Shown one piece after another: positions 1 through 10,139 of a stretch of 64,000 nt of DNA (position 1 is the first letter of the stretch; every line of letters begins with the position of its first letter). Under the pieces are notes generated by a model that saw nothing but the letters and a program-made list of their open reading frames with translations, was not told the DNA's origin and searched no databases. Made by a program: the position numbers and the translations under genes. This DNA comes from Schizosaccharomyces osmophilus. Its lineage: Eukaryota. The stretch covers positions 1,984,001 through 2,048,000 of the forward strand of contig NC_079240.1 in NCBI RefSeq assembly GCF_027921745.1. Direction: 5' to 3'.

Positions 1-205
1 AAAAAACGGATGAAGTTTCATTAAATAGACAAGTAAATAAATACCTAAACTTTACAAGAGCAATGCTATACCATCAAAAAGTAATTAGCAAAAAGGGAAG
101 GGGGAACAGAATCTCGACTTAAATCGAGCGTACGACAAAATGGCCTGAATGTATCATATTTCTTGTTTTTGGGATTACCTCGTTAGCAAGTAATATAGAT
201 GTGTA

Positions 206-1729
206 TTAGTGTGAAAGCCTGGTCACTAGTGGAACTTCACTGAGGGCTTGGCAACTGTATCCAGTAATTAATAAGCCAGGAGGAAGTGATTCATATCTGT
301 TATACACCTCAATAACATTATCCAAAGTTGAAAAAATAAATCGTTGATCGGGACAAGAGACTCGCTCTGCTATACATACAGGCAGATCTTTAGGCCAACC
401 ATTCTGCAACAGAGCAGAAACGAGAATGTCCAATCGATGCAACGCCATCAGAAAGACAGCTGTTTGCGAAGCGACAAATGGAGGTATTACTGGCATGGCA
501 CCTTTTTGGCTCGTACCAGTGCAGACCAACAATTGATCTGCTATCCCTCGTTGAGTTATGGGAATTCCAGCTGAAACGGGAGCCATTAACGCGCTGCTAA
601 TACCAGGAATAACTTTTGGGACATAGCCGTGCTTATGGAAGAATAATACTTCTTCACCACCTCTCCCATATATGTAAGGATCACCTTGCTTCAATCGCAC
701 GACATAGTCACCTCGCATTAATGCGTCTAAAGCTACTTCGTGAAGCTCATCTTGGGCTCTATCAGCATTTCCTGGGAATTTTCGTGCAATAAATAAAGGC
801 GTATGACGAGGAATGAGCTTCAAAACAGATTCTGGTACCAGCTTATCGGCTAGGATGTAGTCGGCCTTTCGAATGGCGTTCCGGGCAGCAACGGTCAAAA
901 GCTCAGGATCTCCTGGTCCACTACCCACGAGCACGATCGTTCCTTTTTTATTAGTAGAGAAATTATTTGGATCGAGGGGAAGAGAGACCTTTTCCTTTGC
1001 AAAGTCTTCCTGAGAGGACAGGCTTGTTCGGGAGCTACTTGTGGAAGAGGGTTCACTGGAGGAGAGAGGTAAAACATAATCATCCGAGATAATAGAAAGG
1101 ATATCATCTTCAGACATACGAATTAGTTTTTCAAGCGGCCAAAATTCGCTGACGTGGTTGATCCACTGTCTCTTTTGTGGGTTCTGAGTAGAGGAACGGG
1201 CAATCCCAAAACGACGTACAGCTTCACCGGTTCCTGATGGAAGACTACTGACAACATGACGCAAAAGCCTTTGAGCAATTCGGCAACCGTTGGAAGTAGT
1301 ACTGAGAGCTATCTGTAGCGGGGGCTCTGACCAGCAGGCTGGAAGGGTAAAAGAACACAAAGAAGGAGAATCTACGATATTAAGGGGAATGCGATTTTGT
1401 TTACATAGGTCATAAATGTCCTCGTTGAACGTAAACTTTGTATCGGTAATGAAGACTATGTCGACAATATAATTTGTGAAAGCATTACCTAAAGTGAACA
1501 AAGAAGTTGAAAGGTCGAAAGAATGCATAGGTACTAGCTGTACCTTATCAATGGCCAATTTATCAGGTTGAAAAGGACCCAAATCAAATCCACCGGTCGT
1601 GCTTGATTCACAAAACCAAATAACCTTGGAGACATCCTCTGACAAGCAAAGATCTACCCGTTTGCATGCTGATTTCCCAGAACCGATGACAATAGCCACC
1701 GCATCCTTTAATGAAGTAGACAAAAGCAT
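206..1729 (-). CDS. met1: Uroporphyrinogen-III C-methyltransferase (siroheme synthesis, CysG-like two-domain protein)
   Basis: C-terminal SUMT motifs LVGSGPGDPELLT, RLKQGDPYIYGRGGEE, VIPGISSA; N-terminal CysG-B-like NIVDSPSLCSFTLPA. First ATG at 1729; the ORF track uses a non-ATG start. Confidence 0.93.
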   Translation of the reverse strand: MLLSTSLKDAVAIVIGSGKSACKRVDLCLSEDVSKVIWFCESSTTGGFDLGPFQPDKLAIDKVQLVPMHSFDLSTSLFTLGNAFTNYIVDIVFITDTKFTFNEDIYDLCKQNRIPLNIVDSPSLCSFTLPACWSEPPLQIALSTTSNGCRIAQRLLRHVVSSLPSGTGEAVRRFGIARSSTQNPQKRQWINHVSEFWPLEKLIRMSEDDILSIISDDYVLPLSSSEPSSTSSSRTSLSSQEDFAKEKVSLPLDPNNFSTNKKGTIVLVGSGPGDPELLTVAARNAIRKADYILADKLVPESVLKLIPRHTPLFIARKFPGNADRAQDELHEVALDALMRGDYVVRLKQGDPYIYGRGGEEVLFFHKHGYVPKVIPGISSALMAPVSAGIPITQRGIADQLLVCTGTSQKGAMPVIPPFVASQTAVFLMALHRLDILVSALLQNGWPKDLPVCIAERVSCPDQRFIFSTLDNVIEVYNRYESLPPGLLITGYSCQALSEVPLVTRLSH

Positions 1730-2519
1730 TTTTCTCTCGGTTACAATGGATACAAAGACCAAAAGATAATTCTGATTAAGACGAAAACTTAGGTGGGTTT
1801 CGACTTCGTAGCCTCGTCAAATGCTTGTGTACGGAAAGGACAAGCCAAATTGTGGGGGACGACTAGGAATTGTTCAAAAAAACCAAAAATTCACGCTTTT
1901 GAACTGTTCCCTATGGGCGTACTCAACTGAAATGCACTCAAAAAGATTCCAAAAAACGACAATAGTATTTCCTAAAAGTCAAATAAAAGAAAACAAAAAC
2001 AAAAACAAAAAACGAAATTCTCAATCCTCTATCCTTCTAGATTCAGCGTTTTCCTGTTCTTTCAAATGAACTTGTTTTGTATGCTGCTTTTCGGATACTG
2101 TAGAATTTTTACAACACCGTAAAACAAATTGTGTTTGTCAGCAAAATTCCTCAAGTAGTCTTTAGTGCTTTGCAACGTGCCGTGAAATACAAAGACAATG
2201 CCATACAACGAAGACTAATGCAAGAAAAACTAAAAGTTGGTTTTGGGAATCAAGAGAATTTAACACATCAAAAGCTCAAGCGCTAATGGTGCAATTTTAC
2301 TCTACGATTGTACCATATAACTGGAGATATATTTGTCCAAGAGATGCTAGGAATTGATTGAAAACAAAAAAGGTAGTTGTTTTTAGCGTTTACTGAGTTA
2401 TATTTTGGGGTTTGAAATACAGAAAAGGTAGAAATAAATACTTACCATGTTGAACGGTCACTCGAATATAAATTTCGTTTTACTATATAACAATAAGAAA
2501 TCCTTTCTTTTATAAGCAA

Positions 2520-2590
2520 GCATCAGTGGTGTAGCGGTAACATGGATGCCTTCCAAGCATTCGCTCCGGGTTCGACTCCCGGCTGATGCA
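2520..2590 (+). tRNA. tRNA-Gly, anticodon TCC, intronless
   Basis: Cloverleaf read by eye: acceptor GCATCAG/CTGATGC+A, anticodon arm GATGC-CTTCCAA-GCATT, T arm CCGGG-TTCGACT-CCCGG. Confidence 0.97.
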
Positions 2591-2595
2591 TAAAG

Positions 2596-2605
2596 TTTTT
2601 TTTTG
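2596..2605 (+). terminator. RNA polymerase III terminator (T-run) of tRNA-Gly
   Basis: T10 tract 5 nt after the tRNA 3' end. Confidence 0.8.
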
Positions 2606-2662
2606 TAGTATTCTATTTCACTGAATAGATATATTTGCAAGTTTTTTATTGAACAGAACTTC

Positions 2663-3657
2663 TTAATGATGGAGTTGGGATTCAGTTTTCTTACACTTAG
2701 CTTTCCTAATCACATTGGCAGTGTAGTGTATATGGAGAAAGCAAGATTTACTTGAAGAGTCAATCACAGTTTCTAATTGTTGTAGAATAACTAGAGGAAG
2801 CTTCAAACGAATTTTATACATTAAGTGTAGGTTCGATGTTTTTATTATAGCAATAACCCGCAATGGGAAACTTATAGCCATCTTGGGAAGTGTTAGGTTG
2901 TAAGACTTGGCCTGCGCTTCAAGGGCATGAATGCAAGTAAGGTTCGTTTTAAATATCTCGGACTGAAAACTATCCACGTGATGAAAAAGAAGAAAGGCCT
3001 TTGTAAACCGTTTTCAAGTCTACTATTTTCTTTACAGTGCCGGCAAGTAAACCGCGGGCAACGGGGCTATAGGCAATAAGGAAAATGTTTAAACTCTTGT
3101 ATGTAGACAAAACACCGTTTTCTTAGATATCATGAGATCTCAAAGAGTATTTCGCTTTGACGGCGGCTATGGACAGGACGGCGTGGAAAAACGAATGGTA
3201 TTGGCAGATGCTTCACTTAAGCCAAAAATACCAATCTCGCCTGCATCCACAAACTTTTTGAGAGTCTTCATTACGTTCTCAACAGGCACTTTGGGGTCAA
3301 CACGAATATATTCAGAGAGGTCAAGCTTTTGCTGCGAAGATGTTTCAGCACGGTTGCCAATAGTCTCCTCGTCACAGCGTGAATAAAGGTACTATCGATA
3401 CCAATAATTATGAACAAAAATACCTTGTTTGCATTTTTTGGTCTTCTTCAAAGTAAAGAAGCCAGCAGCATCAAATTCGCTGTAGGTGAATCCAATCCAT
3501 AGAATTCACTGCCGTTTCAAAAGGTTGCACCATGCTCCACTGCATAGTCAATGGCTTTAAAAGCTTGTTCATCTGGAGTCTGTTCGGTTCTCCAATCCAA
3601 TAAATCCCATCAATCCAAACCCATAGGTCCAACAGGAAATCCGTTTATAGGTGGCGT
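2663..3657 (-). pseudogene. Decayed pyridoxal reductase-like aldo-keto reductase (plr1/AKR8-type)
   Basis: Minus-strand fragments in several frames: [111 protein letters not shown]. They are colinear with S. pombe Plr1 as recalled. The start codon reads ACG; frameshifts and stops are present. 3' limit approximate. Confidence 0.85.
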
Positions 3658-4263
3658 GTATAGATGGCGTGTTTCAAAGTCAAACCAGTCCGAATATTTG
3701 GAAAATCGTTCTCTGAAAACTGTTTTATGATTGAAAAGAGAGAGAACACAAATCTTGTCAGAAACAAGCCAAAATCAAATCGATAATTTGATTTCAAGAA
3801 GCACGACGGTTATGTTAAATGGGGATTCAAAAGGTTCCTTCGATGAGCCTTTAAGCTAGAGATAGTCCTGCTTTCTAATAAATCTACAAAAGGTCGCCGA
3901 CAACAAGACTATGGTGTTTACATACGTCATGTTTCTGCGCGATCGTTGGGAAATGTAAGAGCGACTGTATATCAAGTTCGCCTATACTGCTGAAAGAGCT
4001 CGAAACAAGAGACGCTTGCAATGCGACTTGCTTTCTCATAAATGGAAACCTGCATTTTTTTATGAATCAGCAAAACGATTATTGAAGCTTAAGATTTGTT
4101 TCCTTTTTCATTTACCGTAGTCCAACAATAACGGTATCCACAATGGGAAGGACCAAGGAGGTACGCCAAATATGTATTAGGAGTGGATGATTGTTTCGCT
4201 ATTCTCTTCCCACAAATTTTCTACAGCTTGAACTGGGTCAAAGTCAAACTCTTGAGACATACA

Positions 4264-4635
4264 ATGAATTCCGAATATTCTCACTTGTTTGAGAGGTTGC
4301 ATGAACAATTGGACCAGGTAGAAGAATCTTTGCAGCCTTTAAAAGACTCAGAATCCATATTTGATCTTGTGGAAGGAAAAGACGATGTCGAGCAAGCCAA
4401 GCAGTATGTTAGTCTAAGCTATGCCATCAATTCGGCTTTGTATTCGTATTACAAACTCCATGGCACTTCCACCGACGAGTCTCCCATCATGTCTGAATTG
4501 CAGCGCGTCAAGCAATATGTTGGAAAAATCAAACATGCTGAAAAGCAAATCCAGCCTAGCTCAGAAGACAAGAATGAACAGCGTCCAAAAGTAGCCAAAG
4601 ATGCAGCTTCTAGAATTATCAAGCATCATACTTAG
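4264..4635 (+). CDS. cti1: C1D/Rrp47 (Sas10/C1D domain) nuclear exosome cofactor
   Basis: SLSYAINSALYSYYKLHG...PIMSELQRVKQYVGKIK...KDAASRIIKH is C1D-like; ATG at 4264. Confidence 0.88.
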   Translation: MNSEYSHLFERLHEQLDQVEESLQPLKDSESIFDLVEGKDDVEQAKQYVSLSYAINSALYSYYKLHGTSTDESPIMSELQRVKQYVGKIKHAEKQIQPSSEDKNEQRPKVAKDAASRIIKHHT

Positions 4636-5196
4636 GATATGCGGTTGCTACATGGATTTGTGGTTTACGAAAATGGGATGAATTGGTTTGCTTCTATAGA
4701 GAGCGGTTTTAATCATATTTATGGCATGAAATTGTTTTGTATAATCTAGTATAATGCACGAGTGTAGCACACAGTATTGGTCAGGATGGCTTCCAAAGTT
4801 GGATTGAGAAATCCGAGATGGCCATTCTATCTATTTTATCTCCATTGCAAGGACCTGACTCAATATTACATGGTCTAGCATAATTTTTCTACTTGTCACT
4901 TTCAACTCTATACAAGCGCAACTCTTATTTTTGTTTTGTTTTTTGAATTGACTTAAAAGTAACGTGTCTGTTCATTAATTTGATCATTTCTAGGTATTCG
5001 TTCATCAGGCGTCACGAAAGTTTCGAGGTCCAATCTTCACTATCAAAAAAAAACAGAAAAACAAAAAAGATTGTCCGACAAAAGCAACTTTTAGCAAATT
5101 CATAAAAGAAGGTTCTTCCAAATAAGTCTATATATAGTTGATCAAGAAGGATTCGCAATGATATGAAAGCGGAGACAGCAGACAGCCGCAGCTGCT

Positions 5197-5994
5197 TTAA
5201 ATGACGGTATAACCACCATCCACAACCAAGTCTAAACCAGTAATAAAGGTTGAAGCATCACTACCAAGGAATAAGTAAGCACCACGTAGTTCAGTGCTCA
5301 AACCAATACGTTGCATGGGGACATAAGGCTCCCAATCCTTCCTAAATTGGTAGCCAGGCATGTCGGTAGCAATGTAACCGGGAGACACTGTGTTGACACG
5401 AGCAAAGCCGGCCCACTCGATAGCCAATGCCTTGCAGTAGTGCTTGACAGCAGCCTTTGAAGTGCAATAAGCAGAAATCTTTTGGGGAGTGTTGACAATG
5501 GTTCCAGACATGGAGGCAGTAGCGATAAAGTTACCGAATCCTTGCTCTTTGAAAATTTGACCGGATCGAGAGGCGATACGGTGAATGGAAGTCACGTTCA
5601 CATTCATAATATTTTCCCATTGATCTGTGGTACACTCTTCAGCAGCGCTACGGAAAGCGACACCGGCGTTTGCAACGACAACGTCAATTTTGTCGTGAAG
5701 ACGCTTGATTTCCTCAAAAGCAGAGGCTACGGATTTTTCATCACCAACATTACATTCAATAGCGTCGACACGAACACCCGTTTCCTTGGCCAATTTCATT
5801 GCTTTCTCTTTGCAAGGAGTGCTATGATAAGTCATAACGACATTGGCACCGGCTTGAGCAAAGGCTGAACAAACGCTCATGCCAATTCCCTTACTACCAC
5901 CGAAAACGACGGCATTCTTTCCACTCAATCTGAACAAATCCAAGACGTGCTTGTTTTCAAGCTCTGTAGGGACGGGGTTTACTTTAAAGGTCAT
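5197..5994 (-). CDS. Short-chain dehydrogenase/reductase (sorbose reductase/mannitol dehydrogenase-like)
   Basis: GGSKGIG nucleotide-binding motif, NAG, YCTSK catalytic YxxxK, NTVSPGY, VDGGY; ATG at 5994. Confidence 0.92.
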   Translation of the reverse strand: MTFKVNPVPTELENKHVLDLFRLSGKNAVVFGGSKGIGMSVCSAFAQAGANVVMTYHSTPCKEKAMKLAKETGVRVDAIECNVGDEKSVASAFEEIKRLHDKIDVVVANAGVAFRSAAEECTTDQWENIMNVNVTSIHRIASRSGQIFKEQGFGNFIATASMSGTIVNTPQKISAYCTSKAAVKHYCKALAIEWAGFARVNTVSPGYIATDMPGYQFRKDWEPYVPMQRIGLSTELRGAYLFLGSDASTFITGLDLVVDGGYTVI

Positions 5995-6475
5995 GTTTGC
6001 GATAATTAAATGATGGTCTAGGTTCAGTTTTTTCAACTCAACAAAAGAGTAAAACGAATGTTAGAAAATATAAAAATAAGAAATAAATAGGAAAAAAACA
6101 AAGCTTTTTTAAATCCTCTTGTATATGATTGTGGATGTTTAAAGAAAAAGGTGGGTTTCGCGCTCTATTTATGTCTTTCAAAATACAGATTTAAGGTTGA
6201 GGAAGCACCTTGTTCTTTCCATGCGCTACTACGTACATCATGTGGGTTTCTTACGTACCACTTCTCCAGTCTTGCAAAGGTAATCCAATGGCATCCAAGC
6301 AAAGGGCAACATGAAGTCAGGAATTGCTCCCGGACGTTCTTTATTCGAATATATTCGAATAAAAAGCGGGTGGACGAGGAATAAGTTTTCCAATCAACGT
6401 CAACTCAAAACCTTCTACTCCTTTACCCCATCCACCTATCTGGGTATGATGAAACTGCGAATTATTTCACGGTTT

Positions 6476-6482
6476 ACGTCAT
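6476..6482 (-). promoter_or_regulatory. CRE/M26-type ATGACGT site (Atf1-Pcr1) upstream of the SDR gene
   Basis: ACGTCAT on + strand (ATGACGT on -) about 480 nt upstream of the SDR ATG; function inferred only. Confidence 0.4.
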
Positions 6483-7155
6483 TCTCGTGTTGTTTATCAC
6501 AACAAAACGTTGAGACAAAACAGAAAAAAACGCATGCAGTCTTTGATGTGTTATGGAATGATGAATGGAAAGGTTGAAGGTTTCCATGATGAATGGGAGA
6601 TGTGTGTGATTTCGAGCATGGACAAGAAATCCACTAGGTTTTGAGAGTTGAGGAACTCGACTTTCGTAGAGTCTCGTAGGAACAAAAGTCACAAAGGAAA
6701 AGAGAAATGACAAAGAAAAGTAAGAAAGGATAGGAAAGGAAAAAAAGGAAAAGTGAAAACAATTGTTCAACGACTGTTAATGATTGTTGGATAAATTGAA
6801 AACAAAAAAAAAAAAAAGTTTGATTTTTGTAAATGGATAACAATAGTGGAGGCTTTTGTTGGTAGAAAATTTAGGTTTCAAGTTTCAGGTTTCAATGAAG
6901 GATGGATGGATGGTAGACTAGATTGACTGTTTGTACTTGGTTGCAATTCAGTGTTCATTCTCAATTACCTATGGAAGAAAGAAAGAAATAAACAAACGAG
7001 TTCAAAGAAAGCAAGCGATTCCACTTTGGTTAGAGGTCTAGGATCCCTTCCAGAAGAAACCTCCATGGTTATGAATCCACAACGAAATGGAGAAAAAAAG
7101 AACAAAACTGAAACAATCAACAGTTTCGTCTGAAAAAAAGCATCCAACTGCTTTC

Positions 7156-8035
7156 TTAGTCGTTCTTTAAATGGTTGACATTGTCGTTCCTAAGCTGGTT
7201 AGCATGGAATTCTGGGACTTATGTAGAAACTATCTATGACCTATCATCAGCGATAGCGATAGGTCGTACCAGCCTAGCAAGTAATCGTCTTTGCTAGTAT
7301 CTCGCTTTTACTAGCATAACGTCTCGCATGTATCGCACGCGTCTTTGCTAGGCTGTACAAACATCCTCTTACCAGAAAAGAGTCTTGCTTCCATCACCCC
7401 AAGGGTACTTTTTGAAACGCAGATTTTCAAATCTAATCCAATCAGTTAGCTGTAGGTCCTTTTCCCCTTTCTACTTTTTCCAGCGTCTCTCCACTTACGT
7501 ATAGGGAACATCGATTTCAGGATCATGATGGTGCTCAGCGTGTTCTTGATGTTTTTTGTCTAATCCCAAACGTTAGCCTAATCTTTCTTTCTGAGAGAGG
7601 GGCATGGGGACTGGAAAAGATGTGCCCAAGCGGAACCTTTTTCTTTCCCTTTCCCTCCTTGCAATGCCACCCTTCACATACAAATGTAATAAGCATTCAA
7701 GCCAGACAAAATCAAAGCAGGGCCACCAACACTATAAATCATAGATTAGTAATTGTTTGAACCTACAGCCATCCACACATACTAGTAGGTCACCTTTTTC
7801 CAAAACTCTGCATCTACATTAGCTTCTTTCCATCCAAGCATCCTTTAAACACAACACAACTTAACAAAACAAACATACCACTCGAGCGTTTGGCGTGTTC
7901 TTGCTCAGCTTTAACTTCTTCCAACCAGCTCAACTTGGCCTCACTGCTGTAGCCTCTTGAGACCGGAGAAAAAGCCTTCTTGGAAAACAAGCCACGAGGA
8001 ATTTGACTACAACGTCCAACGGAGCGATTCATCAT
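7156..8035 (-). CDS. cox13: Cytochrome c oxidase subunit VIa, 6 exons (8035-7879, 7807-7783, 7731-7682, 7559-7499, 7432-7373, 7189-7156)
   Basis: Manual splicing gives ...EQEHAKRSSEFWKKVTYYVGGPALILSGLNAYYIYKKHQEH...FENLRFKKYPWGDGSKTLFWNDNVNHLKND*; all five introns have GT, branch point and AG. Confidence 0.93.
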
Positions 8036-8708
8036 CAAACAAGTCAATTTTTGCTACTTTTAAGAAATTTCAAAGAGATGGGGGTTGTTTACTCTTCCTC
8101 TTCCCGTCCCTCCTACTCTCTCACTCTCTCTTTCTCTCTGTCTCTCGTTCTCCCTCTCTTTTCATTTCCGCGGCTCGTTATTTTCTTCCGTGGCTTATCC
8201 ACCCACTTGCCGTCTTTCTCCACATTCTTGTGCAATAAACTTCGGTAAGGATGGTTCAGTAGCTGACGTGCTAATTTCATTTTACACCACCAACCACCCC
8301 AAACTGAAAACTTCACCAAAACCCACCACGAGTCATAACGAAATCCGCTGAGATTGGATTTTCTTTTCTATATTAACCGTTAAATTCTCATATTTAAGGC
8401 CAAATTCGTTTGATTCTTGATCATTTTTGAGTTCAAACGAATTTTGCTTCGTCCTTTGGAAAATTTTGCTTTTTCCATCTAAAGTGGCTTCTTTCGCATT
8501 TTTGGTCACTTCCAACGATATCTAGCTTACTGTATGTGTAGTTTTTGAACGTCGAACTTTTCTAGCTACACGACTACACGTTACCGAGCCTCTTAGACTT
8601 CAACTTCAAAATAAAAAAGAAAGAGTTTTTTTGCTCTTTTCCATCTTGACTGCTTCCTCTCATTCTTTTTAATTCTTTTTTTTCCCTAATCTCTTTTTCT
8701 CTTCCATC

Positions 8709-9659
8709 ATGAGGTTCAGCTGCGCTACCCCTTCCTTAATTTTGCTGCTTGTGGCCATTGTGTTTTTCGTCTTGTCCATCTGTACCGCCCCCCTTTCCAA
8801 GAAAATTGGTCTCTCCAAATCTGACGATGTCCTTTTTGGTACCTTTGGATATTGCAAGGGTGACCAATGTAGCAAAACTATCGTTGGCTATAGTTTGGAT
8901 TATTTGAATGATCATGCCTCTTCCGGTTTCCGTACCTCCACTACGGTCCGTCAAAGAGCTTCTTACGGTCTCGTCTTGATTCCGGTCGCTGCTTGCATTT
9001 GTGCTTTTGCCACAATCTTGCTTTTGTTTGCTCACATTGGCCGTATCTCCCGTTCCCCTGGCTTTTTCAATTTCGTCGCTAGTATCATCTTCTTTAATGT
9101 TTTCATTACTGCCATCGCCTTCGTCATCTGTGTAATTACTTTTGTTCCTCGCATTCAGTGGCTTTCATGGCTTGTACTTGCAAATGCCGGAATTCAATTG
9201 ATTGTTCTCTTCTTATTGTTGATTGCCCGTAGACAGGCCGTCAAGGCCCAAGCCAAGCATATTCGCCGCTCCCATGCCGATAGCATGGCTTACAATCCTT
9301 ACTCTCTTCAAAACAACAGCAACCTCTTCTCTACTTCCTCCCGTACTGGTGACCTTCCCAAGTTTGCTGATTATAGTATGGAGAAGCCTGCCTACGACTC
9401 TCTTCCTGATTACGATAAACTTTCTCACAAGCGTGGTGATTCTCTTACGAAATTGAAACCTACTTTAAGTGGTGACAGCCGTTCGTTATCCTCATACACT
9501 CCTGAAGCTGCTCCTCAGTCATCTGGATTCAGATTTCCTTTTATGCGCAACAGCAGCAAACAAAATGCTCCCGAAAATCCTTTCAAAGATCCCGAAAACC
9601 CTTTTAAGGACCCACCTCCAAATCCTTGGTCTATTGAAGACATCAAACCTCCGAAGTAA
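8709..9659 (+). CDS. mug33: SUR7/PalI-family 4-TM membrane protein
   Basis: Hydrophobic N-terminus, FGTFGYC..C claudin-like loop, three further TM segments, low-complexity tail; sits between cox13 and cdc11. Confidence 0.85.
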   Translation: MRFSCATPSLILLLVAIVFFVLSICTAPLSKKIGLSKSDDVLFGTFGYCKGDQCSKTIVGYSLDYLNDHASSGFRTSTTVRQRASYGLVLIPVAACICAFATILLLFAHIGRISRSPGFFNFVASIIFFNVFITAIAFVICVITFVPRIQWLSWLVLANAGIQLIVLFLLLIARRQAVKAQAKHIRRSHADSMAYNPYSLQNNSNLFSTSSRTGDLPKFADYSMEKPAYDSLPDYDKLSHKRGDSLTKLKPTLSGDSRSLSSYTPEAAPQSSGFRFPFMRNSSKQNAPENPFKDPENPFKDPPPNPWSIEDIKPPK

Positions 9660-10139
9660 TGATCTCTAACATGCATTTCTGAAAGCTATGCTTGGTGAAT
9701 CCATTGCTTATTTTTCGAGCCTTGGCAACTTTTTTTTAGTTCGTACTTTTTATCTTTATCTTTCTACTTGTAAGTCATCGATTTGTTATTTTGTGGTTTG
9801 TTATTTATATACATAAGCGGGGTTTATCCCTATCTATTCTTAGAAACGAAGTGTATTCTTATTTGTGCTTTGTCGTTGATTTTTTATTAATTACTATTTT
9901 ATGATTTTCTATTTTTGCCTGTATATTTTATCATTTGCATTCATATGAATTATTACTCTTTCTTAAAGCTCATTACAAATGACATTACTTGAACCATCCA
10001 TAGAAGTTCTTTGATTGTGCGTGTTTTGAGTACATTCAATTTCTTTTCCATTTCTCAACAACATTATATCTTTACAAAAAATTTAGCTCGTAATATATTA
10101 ATGTATAACGTTCATTAACCAAAAAGTTTCGCTTGTTAA

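Noticed and set aside
3132..3386. 84-aa plus-strand ORF
   Set aside because: Antisense shadow of the AKR pseudogene.
4183..4263. Non-ATG N-terminal extensions in the ORF track (also met1, SDR, ski3, DUF1989, coq11)
   Set aside because: The ORF finder allowed TTG/GTG starts; homology starts at the first ATG.
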